A DNA stretch of 63,768 nt, filler included, from an uncultured Methanosarcinales archaeon (GTDB lineage: Archaea > Nanobdellota > Nanobdellia > Woesearchaeales > CAYMBN01): assembly GCA_964388715.1 (NCBI GenBank). It is 4 parts of 3 records of this genome, joined end to end, with 100 filler letters (N's around TTAATTAATTAA, not from the genome) between each part and the next. Parts side by side here need not be neighbours in the genome. Positions count along the whole stretch, not along the records: positions 44,602 to 61,864 come from CAYMBN010000002.1; positions 61,965 to 63,768 come from CAYMBN010000028.1; 2 more parts are not named here. One strand, written 5' to 3'. This document shows, in pieces, positions 57,400-63,768 of the stretch; position 1 is the first letter of the stretch, and each line of letters opens with the position of its first letter. Both the position numbers and the translations under genes were made by a program. Under the pieces are notes generated by a model. That model was not told the origin of the DNA and did no database searches. It saw only the letters and a program-made list of their open reading frames with translations.

Positions 57400-58529
57400 T
57401 TTTTTCTTTTCTTAAATTTTGTTATGAGAACTATATTTACAATAACTAGTAAGGAGACAGTTGTTATTAAAATATTTGTTGGAGTGATTGGGATTGAGAA
57501 AGGGATTTGTTTTTTTTGTATAATTATTTCAAAAATATCCTGGATTTGTTTTGTTTTATCTGAGAAATGTATTGTTATGGTTGCATTGTACTTGCCTATG
57601 TTTAATGCTTTTGTGTCCCAGTATGTTGAGAGGGTTTTTGTGTCCCATGGATTAAAATGGGTAGTTGGTGTTGTAAGTAATGCAACTTGTTTATTGTTTT
57701 GTTGTATTTTGATTTCAGCGTAAACATCTTTAATTGGATCATTCCACTTGCTTTCTAGGTTGAGTTCAAACTTGCTTACAGAATTATTAAGAAAGTTTTT
57801 TGTGTAGTCTAAGATTGTTAAATCTAATGTTCCTATTTTGAATTCTGTTAATTTTGATAAGATTTTTTGGTCATATAATAAAGTAACGTTGATGATGTAG
57901 TTTCCTGCAGAATAATCTGTTGTGTCAAGTGTTGATGTAAGTGTTTTACTTTTTCCTTGTTCAATTGATTCTTTGTTAGTTGATAATGAGGTTAGTTTTT
58001 CATCTTGTTTGTAAACATCAATTGTTGCTTGTGCGTTTTGGATTGTTTGTTTTCCTTTGTTTGTGACAGTAATTTTAAAGTTGAGTGGTTTTCCTTGTTT
58101 TGTATCTTGTGCTTGAATATCCATTAAAGCGTATGATCCCGGATATGGTACATCAACTATTATTACTGCATTTAATGCAAGAAGTGTTACAACTACTCCT
58201 TCTGAAGAAGATTTTTCTTTAACACCAATGTTAATCCTATTATTTCCTGGTTTAAGGTTTAGTTCTTCTGGTGTGTTAGGGAATTTTATTGTTACAGTAA
58301 ATTGTCCTTTTTCAACTTTGGAAGTTGTGATGTGATCTTGAAATGTTTCTGGGAAATTACCTTGTATTTCTTTTGAAGTACCACCAACTCTATATGTAAT
58401 TGAATGTTCTTTACCTGGTTCAAATTTGAGTTGTGTGATTGCAGGTGTGATACTTAATGAATAGACAGAAGTTGATAAAATTATTAACATGAATAATAGT
58501 ATTGCTCTTTTTCTCATTACAGTTTTCAT
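57396..58529 (-). CDS. Secreted three-Ig-domain protein with C-terminal TM (DUF916/DUF3324-like architecture)
   Basis: Signal peptide then LSITPA..FEPG; VPYPG; V.NKG; G.Y strands; TM plus KKRKK. Confidence 0.7.
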   Translation of the reverse strand: MKTVMRKRAILLFMLIILSTSVYSLSITPAITQLKFEPGKEHSITYRVGGTSKEIQGNFPETFQDHITTSKVEKGQFTVTIKFPNTPEELNLKPGNNRINIGVKEKSSSEGVVVTLLALNAVIIVDVPYPGSYALMDIQAQDTKQGKPLNFKITVTNKGKQTIQNAQATIDVYKQDEKLTSLSTNKESIEQGKSKTLTSTLDTTDYSAGNYIINVTLLYDQKILSKLTEFKIGTLDLTILDYTKNFLNNSVSKFELNLESKWNDPIKDVYAEIKIQQNNKQVALLTTPTTHFNPWDTKTLSTYWDTKALNIGKYNATITIHFSDKTKQIQDIFEIIIQKKQIPFSIPITPTNILITTVSLLVIVNIVLITKFKKRKK

Positions 58530-58564
58530 TTTGTATTATTTCTTTATAAATGTTTTGACAAAAT

Positions 58565-59626
58565 TTATTTTAAATTGTCAAAAACATCTTTAATTATTTT
58601 TTTTGATAAGCCTTGTTTTATGAAAGATTTTTTGATTTTCTTTTTTTCATAACCTTTTTTTAGGAATTTTTTTGCTATAGGTAGTATTTTTTGTGATTCT
58701 TTGTATTTGAATTGTTTTTTGACACTTTTTATTTTAAGGTTCATAATAATATTATTTGTTTTTCTGTATTCAAAGAATAACAAACATGATATTAATACAA
58801 CAATTAATAATAGGATTGGGCTGATTATTGAGTATATTTTGTTTATTCCTAGAGGTATTCTGATTTCTGGTGGGGTTGGTTTAATATGTATTGTTTTGCT
58901 TGAAGTGCTAATGGTGTTGTTGTAATTTGTCTGAGCAATGAGTACATAATCTCCAGGAAGAATGTCTTTTGAAGGAGTTATGGTTTTAGCAAACATTGCT
59001 TGTTCTTTGACTCCGATTATTTCTGTTTCATTAAATATTATTTTGTTAGACATACTTTTTATTATGTAATCTACAAATATGTTTGTAAATCCAATCTTAT
59101 TTAGGTTGAAAAGTGTTATATCTGCTTTTGGATTTTGGTTTTGGTAAATTTCTTTGTATTCCAATGGGATGTTTAATATGATTTCAAAGGATGGTTTGGG
59201 TGATTGGACTTCAATAATGATAGGGATTTCATTGAAAAATTTGTTTGTTTGAATTAAAAGTTTGTTTGGATAAACTCCTGGTGTAAAACTTAGTGGGGGT
59301 GTGAATGTTAGTTTAATATCTTGGCCTTCTCCTTTTTTTAGTGTGAATGTGTTTGGTTGGATAGATAGGATTTTAGATAAGTCTTCTGTGGTTATGTTGA
59401 AGTTAGCTTGTTCTTGGTTGTTGTTTGTTATTTTGATTATTTTTGTGAATGTTTCATTTTGTCTTATCTGTAATTTTATTAAATCAACATTTGTGCTGAA
59501 GTATGGTGTTACATCTTTAACTACATGTGCTGTGATGTTTTGTGTAACTGAGAAACTTTGGATTATAAATAGTGTTAAATTTAGCAAAATTAGTACTGTT
59601 ATGAGTGTTTTTGATTTATCTTTCAT
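58565..59626 (-). CDS. Membrane-anchored two-Ig-domain protein, paralog of the C-terminal part of 54540-56942
   Basis: FSTNVDLIKLQIRQNETFT..GVYPNKLLIQTNK..EIPIIIEV matches FKTNLDLIKIQIQQGETFT..GVYPNKLLIQTNK..EIPIVIEV. Confidence 0.8.
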   Translation of the reverse strand: MKDKSKTLITVLILLNLTLFIIQSFSVTQNITAHVVKDVTPYFSTNVDLIKLQIRQNETFTKIIKITNNNQEQANFNITTEDLSKILSIQPNTFTLKKGEGQDIKLTFTPPLSFTPGVYPNKLLIQTNKFFNEIPIIIEVQSPKPSFEIILNIPLEYKEIYQNQNPKADITLFNLNKIGFTNIFVDYIIKSMSNKIIFNETEIIGVKEQAMFAKTITPSKDILPGDYVLIAQTNYNNTISTSSKTIHIKPTPPEIRIPLGINKIYSIISPILLLIVVLISCLLFFEYRKTNNIIMNLKIKSVKKQFKYKESQKILPIAKKFLKKGYEKKKIKKSFIKQGLSKKIIKDVFDNLK

Positions 59627-60185
59627 TTTTTCTTTTTAGTAGGATTATCATGTAAATTGTCCAGCCTGACAATAATATTAATAAAATAATGAGTTGGGTG
59701 ATTAAGTGGCTTGGTTGTTGTTGCTGTTGTGTTTGTTTGGTTTCTTGTTGGATATTTTCTTGAGTTGTTGTTTCTTGTTTTGGTGGTACTTCAACAAATA
59801 TTTTGTAAACTAGTTTGAATTTAGTTGTGAATGTGTTTTGGTTGGCTTGTTCTGGAATAGCTTGTTCAATTATTATTTGGGCTGTTCTTGTTCCTGAAGC
59901 TAGTGATTCTGGGAAAGTTGTTTTGTATTGAATCTCTAGTTGACCAATTGGTATTGTTGTTTCTTTGGTTAATATTTCAATGTAATCAGCAAGTTCACCT
60001 TCAACAGTAATTTGAACATCTGTTGGTGCTTCTTTGTTGAGAATTTTGAATGAATGTGTTTGAGGATTTAGATCATAGTTGATGTATTTTTTTGTTGGTC
60101 TTAGGCCTAATGCTAATGTGATTTGTGTTAGTGTTAAAATTATTAAAATCCAGGTGCAGGTTTTGATTAATTTTTTATTTATCAT
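59616..60185 (-). CDS. Secreted single-Ig-domain protein with C-terminal TM
   Basis: Signal peptide then LGLRP; resembles the N-domain of 57396-58529; Gln/Thr linker; TM. Confidence 0.7.
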   Translation of the reverse strand: MINKKLIKTCTWILIILTLTQITLALGLRPTKKYINYDLNPQTHSFKILNKEAPTDVQITVEGELADYIEILTKETTIPIGQLEIQYKTTFPESLASGTRTAQIIIEQAIPEQANQNTFTTKFKLVYKIFVEVPPKQETTTQENIQQETKQTQQQQQPSHLITQLIILLILLSGWTIYMIILLKRKNER

Positions 60186-60193
60186 TTTTTATT

Positions 60194-61864
60194 TTATGAT
60201 GCTGTTATTGTAATTATAGATCCTTTTGCGCCAGGTGCTTCATCTGCTGGTACTGTTAGGTTGATTTCGATTTCAGCTGTGTCATTTGTGTCTGAGTAAT
60301 TTAAGTTAGTTATATCAATGCGTGAGCTTGTTATGTTCATGTTTGTGAAGTTTGTTGTTGCGCTTAGGTATGAGTTTGATTCATTTGGTGTTATTTTGTA
60401 CATATAGTACGGTGTTGGGCTTGTTTGTTGTGTCCAGATGCTTGTTGCTGTGATTGTGATGTTTGTTAATATGTTTCCATCACTACGTATTACAAATGGT
60501 CTTGGATTGTTGTCTGTTGTATCGTTTGTATCACCAGGTAGCATTGGGCCAAAGTCAACTGAAGATTCTATAAATGTAATGTATATTTGTGATTCTACTG
60601 TAAGGTTTCTTGTTGTAGACCAATTACTATTGTTTGTTCCATCATTTGCTCTTACACGCCAGAAGTATGGGACATCTGTAGTAAGTTCTGTTGTAATTGT
60701 ATAATTTGTTGAACCATTTGTTGTTTCATTTATGTTGGATACATTTATTATTGGTGATGGGAATGATAAGTTTGTGTCAACTTGTAATTGGTATGTGATA
60801 TTATCATTATCTGCATCTGTTGAGTTGAACCAGTAGAATGTTGGTGTTCTATTTACTGTTAAATTGCCTGCATTAGGTGCTGAGAGTACTGGGATTAATG
60901 GGATATTGTTTGTAATGTTAACAGTGTCTGTTGTTGATAAGTTGTCAAATATTCCATTATTATCATAACAACTTGTGTTGTATGAGATAATGCCTGTTGT
61001 TGCAAATGTTGTGTTGAACCAGTACAAGTTGTTTGATGTGTTAAAGCTCATGTTTGTCCATGATCCTGTTATGTTTGTCTGACAATAGGTTCCTGAATCA
61101 TTGATTGCTGTATTTGGTAGTGTTGAGTTTGTATAGTTTGCATAGAAGTTTACTAAATTGTTTACATATTTACTTTGTCCTGCGTCATAGAATGTGTTGT
61201 TATCTGTTTGGTCCCAGATTTCTAACCTAGCATTGTTACCTACTGTATATGATGAGAATGATAATGAAATTGGCATGCTTACATTAGTGTGAGTTGTGTT
61301 GAATGAGTTGATTGTTACAAATTGTGTTACTTCTTGACAGATGCTTCCATTGTCATTACATTTGTAAACTCTTTTTCCTGTTGAAGGTATTACTATTGTA
61401 ATGTTTGCACTTCTACTTAATCCTATTTTTTGTTTTAGTTCAAAGAATTTGATTGATGTCATACTAATATAATCACTGTTTGGTATGAATGTGGATGTTC
61501 CAGAGCTGAATGCATTTGTGATATTATAATCAAGTCCTCTTCCTAGGTTTGCACCTTGGAATTCTATTCCTTGGTTTGCGAATCTAAGGTTAGTTGATTT
61601 GCTCATGTTAAATGTTCTTGCTTCACTGAAGTTGTAGTTTTGATAACCAGTTCCAAAGTCAAACTCTATGTCAAAGTCTGAGTTAGAGTCAAAGTCAACT
61701 GTGAAGTTTGAGTCTGCATTTGGTGTTGTAAAGTTCAAACAGGTTGTTCTGTATTCTAATCCTGCTTGGTCATAACCTATTAATTTGTAATAATAAGTTG
61801 TGGTTGCTAGTATATTGGTTACTACAGAAGGATCAAGTAGCATATAATGGTCAGGAATATAATT
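60194..61864 (-). CDS. Secreted Asn/Thr-rich surface protein with FN3-like and C-terminal beta-sandwich domains, 5'-truncated
   Basis: Frame open to the contig edge; FN3-like TPTFYW..DADND.ITYQLQV..YFWRVRANDG..NWS; terminal domain VDFG..PG..LTVP..APG..IITITAS; no C-terminal TM. Confidence 0.8.
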   Translation of the reverse strand, partial: NYIPDHYMLLDPSVVTNILATTTYYYKLIGYDQAGLEYRTTCLNFTTPNADSNFTVDFDSNSDFDIEFDFGTGYQNYNFSEARTFNMSKSTNLRFANQGIEFQGANLGRGLDYNITNAFSSGTSTFIPNSDYISMTSIKFFELKQKIGLSRSANITIVIPSTGKRVYKCNDNGSICQEVTQFVTINSFNTTHTNVSMPISLSFSSYTVGNNARLEIWDQTDNNTFYDAGQSKYVNNLVNFYANYTNSTLPNTAINDSGTYCQTNITGSWTNMSFNTSNNLYWFNTTFATTGIISYNTSCYDNNGIFDNLSTTDTVNITNNIPLIPVLSAPNAGNLTVNRTPTFYWFNSTDADNDNITYQLQVDTNLSFPSPIINVSNINETTNGSTNYTITTELTTDVPYFWRVRANDGTNNSNWSTTRNLTVESQIYITFIESSVDFGPMLPGDTNDTTDNNPRPFVIRSDGNILTNITITATSIWTQQTSPTPYYMYKITPNESNSYLSATTNFTNMNITSSRIDITNLNYSDTNDTAEIEINLTVPADEAPGAKGSIITITAS

Positions 61865-61964
61865 NNNNNNNNNNNNNNNNNNNNNNNNNNNNNNNNNNNN
61901 NNNNNNNNTTAATTAATTAANNNNNNNNNNNNNNNNNNNNNNNNNNNNNNNNNNNNNNNNNNNN
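61865..61964. other. Artificial contig-joining linker
   Basis: N-run + TTAATTAATTAA + N-run. Confidence 0.97.
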
Positions 61965-62139
61965 TTTTTTTTCTTCTTTTTCTATATCCAAATAACTCAT
62001 ACATTCCTTGACCAAATCACGAATAATGACTTCATAATTTCTATTTATTTCTAAATTATGCCTCAAATATTTTATATAATGTTGTTATTTACTATTATGT
62101 AGGTGTAACAAACACACTAACATATGAGGTAAAAACAAA

Positions 62140-62817
62140 ATGGAAAAATATGCAAACAAAGAAGAACTAAACACAAAGATTAATGAAGCAGTTGCTTCAA
62201 TTGAACAAGGAGAAACAAATGGCTTAACAGCTATGATTAAAAACACTCCTACATTATTGCTAAGAGCAAGTGAACAACACGAACAAACAAGATACCAACC
62301 AGGTAAACAATTAGTTACTTACAATGGTATGGATGAACAAGGAAACCCAATACAAGAAACATGGGGTGGTGGTGTAGCAGATATTAAACAAGATTCAGTT
62401 ATTCTAAAAAACGAACAACCAATCCAATATCCTGAAGCACATGAATTAGCAGGACAAGATGTAAAAGGTTTCTACAATGAAGATGGTAAGTTTGTTGTTG
62501 ATCAAGACAATGGAAAAACAACTTTGTTTAATGAATATGTTTCAGATGTTGATTTTGTAAAAGGAGCATATGGTCTAGAAGCAAAACAAGAATGGCAAAA
62601 AGGATTTAAATTACAGCCAAGTTATATGTTACAAATACCAGAAGAAACAGGAGATGTAGCAATAATAACAAAATCAGGAACAGAAATCAATGTAACAGGC
62701 GGAGACTATGTAATCATAGACTCTAAAAAAGGAAAAGTAACATCTGTTCATGGTTGTGAAAAATCTTGGTTAGAAAAAACTTACATAGATCTTGAAGAGC
62801 ATTTAAAAACTCTTTAA
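62140..62817 (+). CDS. Acidic hypothetical protein, possibly PGDYG-like
   Basis: GAGGT RBS; C-terminal GGDYVII..HGCEKSWLEKTY; T-tract follows the stop. Confidence 0.6.
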   Translation: MEKYANKEELNTKINEAVASIEQGETNGLTAMIKNTPTLLLRASEQHEQTRYQPGKQLVTYNGMDEQGNPIQETWGGGVADIKQDSVILKNEQPIQYPEAHELAGQDVKGFYNEDGKFVVDQDNGKTTLFNEYVSDVDFVKGAYGLEAKQEWQKGFKLQPSYMLQIPEETGDVAIITKSGTEINVTGGDYVIIDSKKGKVTSVHGCEKSWLEKTYIDLEEHLKTL

Positions 62818-62842
62818 TTTTTTTTTCTTTTTTTCCCTTTTT
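62818..62842 (+). terminator. Oligo(T) terminator
   Basis: Pyrimidine/T tract directly after the stop at 62817. Confidence 0.5.
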
Positions 62843-62882
62843 CAATCAAAACCTTTATATTTACCAGAATAAATCTTAATAT

Positions 62883-63768
62883 ATGGTTAGTAAAAAAGAC
62901 AAAGAATTTGAAATATTTCTTAAGTATTATTCAATCTTAGAAGAAATGAAATCCTTGTCATTAAAAGTAATACAATCTTTAGACAAGAAAAAATATTTTT
63001 CAATCAAGAATTTATTAAAAAAACTACAAGAAAAATACATAGAAATTAGTGATCTTGTAAGTGATATTCCTTACCATGATGTGAGTGGTTTAGTAGAATT
63101 AATAAGAAGAACATTATATCAATTAAATCAGATATATTCATTGAAAAGTTATTCAGATTGTTATAAAATAATAGGCAATTTGATAACTATACTTGAAAAC
63201 AGAGTTGAAGTAGATCATAAAAAACCAAAACTAATAATACTTATGGGAACTCCTGGTTCTGGAAAAAGCAAGATAAGTAAGTATTTATTACCAATGGGTA
63301 TTAGGCATATCTGTTCTGATAAGATCTTTGAAAAATTATTAATAGAAAATGGTTTACCATTAGATTTTTCTCAAATGGATGAAAAAATGTATAAAAAAGC
63401 AATGCAGTTAAGAGACATTGCAACACAAAAAAATGATGCATTGATAGAGATGACCATGACAAATAAACAAAGCATAATGGTAGAATCATCAGGTTCACCT
63501 TTTTCAATAGATTGGTTAGCAAGTAAATCTGTTCATTATAATTATGAAGCATATGTAATATTTGTGGTTACTTCTTTAGATGTAGCTTTATTAAGAAACA
63601 AGTCAAGAAAGCGTAAACTTCCTGAAGAAGTAGTAAAGAAAATGTATAATAAAATACAACAATCATTTAGAACATTGAATCAATGGTTTTCATTTGGAGA
63701 TATTCGCATAGTAATGAATAATAAAAAAATAACAACAAGGCAAGAATTATTATTTTTTGAAAAAAAGA
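62883..63768 (+). CDS. Zeta-toxin/AAA_33-like P-loop kinase with N-terminal helical domain, runs off the window (not in ORF track)
   Basis: Hand translation from ATG 62883 has no stop: ..LIILMGTPGSGKS..ICSDKIFE..IMVESSG..FVVTSLDVALLRNKSRKRKLP. Confidence 0.82.
   Translation, partial: MVSKKDKEFEIFLKYYSILEEMKSLSLKVIQSLDKKKYFSIKNLLKKLQEKYIEISDLVSDIPYHDVSGLVELIRRTLYQLNQIYSLKSYSDCYKIIGNLITILENRVEVDHKKPKLIILMGTPGSGKSKISKYLLPMGIRHICSDKIFEKLLIENGLPLDFSQMDEKMYKKAMQLRDIATQKNDALIEMTMTNKQSIMVESSGSPFSIDWLASKSVHYNYEAYVIFVVTSLDVALLRNKSRKRKLPEEVVKKMYNKIQQSFRTLNQWFSFGDIRIVMNNKKITTRQELLFFEKK

Noticed and set aside
12962..61964. TTAATTAATTAA occurring three times (13006, 44546, 61909) as a possible biological repeat
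   Set aside because: Each copy sits in the middle of a 100-nt N block and has stops in all six frames, so it is a contig-concatenation linker. Gene adjacency across these points was not used as evidence.
63301..63552. 83-aa minus-strand ORF
   Set aside because: Shadow of the plus-strand P-loop kinase gene starting at 62883
1..63768. CRISPR array, cas genes, DGR (reverse transcriptase with TR/VR), rRNA, transposase or integrase
   Set aside because: No regularly spaced short repeats, no RT YxDD context, no long GC-rich structural RNA and no DDE or tyrosine recombinase motifs seen by eye

Overview
AT-rich archaeal DNA, most likely a DPANN (Woesearchaeota-like) metagenome-assembled genome. The evidence is a fused PriS-PriL primase, Rpo4, Cdc6/Orc1, AglB, OapABC and a BHB-intron tRNA. 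The window is not one continuous locus: three artificial N-TTAATTAATTAA-N linkers (12962-13061, 44502-44601, 61865-61964) join four contigs, and there are two internal 100-N gaps. Contig 1 (1-12961) carries a double Lrp/AsnC regulator, an operon of tandem multi-HTH paralogs, an MFS transporter, a PHP hydrolase, a Tam41/Mmp37-like cytidylyltransferase, tRNA-Gln(CUG) with a 30-nt intron, cdc6 with an ORB-like site and structured leader, and rpl21e(end)-rpo4-DUF655. Contig 2 (13062-44501) is a ~25 kb surface-glycosylation island followed by cell-surface genes. The island has three B12-binding radical SAM enzymes, two duplicated GT-C plus small-membrane-protein modules, WbpB/WbpD-like and Gmd/Per sugar genes, and an AglB fused to a parvulin PPIase. 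The surface genes include an S-layer candidate and a giant cadherin-like repeat protein. Contig 3 (44602-61864) has a bacterial-type DHS-family gene, Toprim, the fused primase, a LAGLIDADG-HTH gene coupled to ychF, oapABC, ahcY and a six-gene Ig-domain surface cluster. Contig 4 has a hypothetical gene and a zeta-toxin-like kinase. The best leads are the Tam41-like enzyme in an archaeon, the AglB-parvulin fusion with its B12 radical SAM/GT-C island, and the multi-HTH paralog operon. All calls come from motif recognition by eye; no searches were run.
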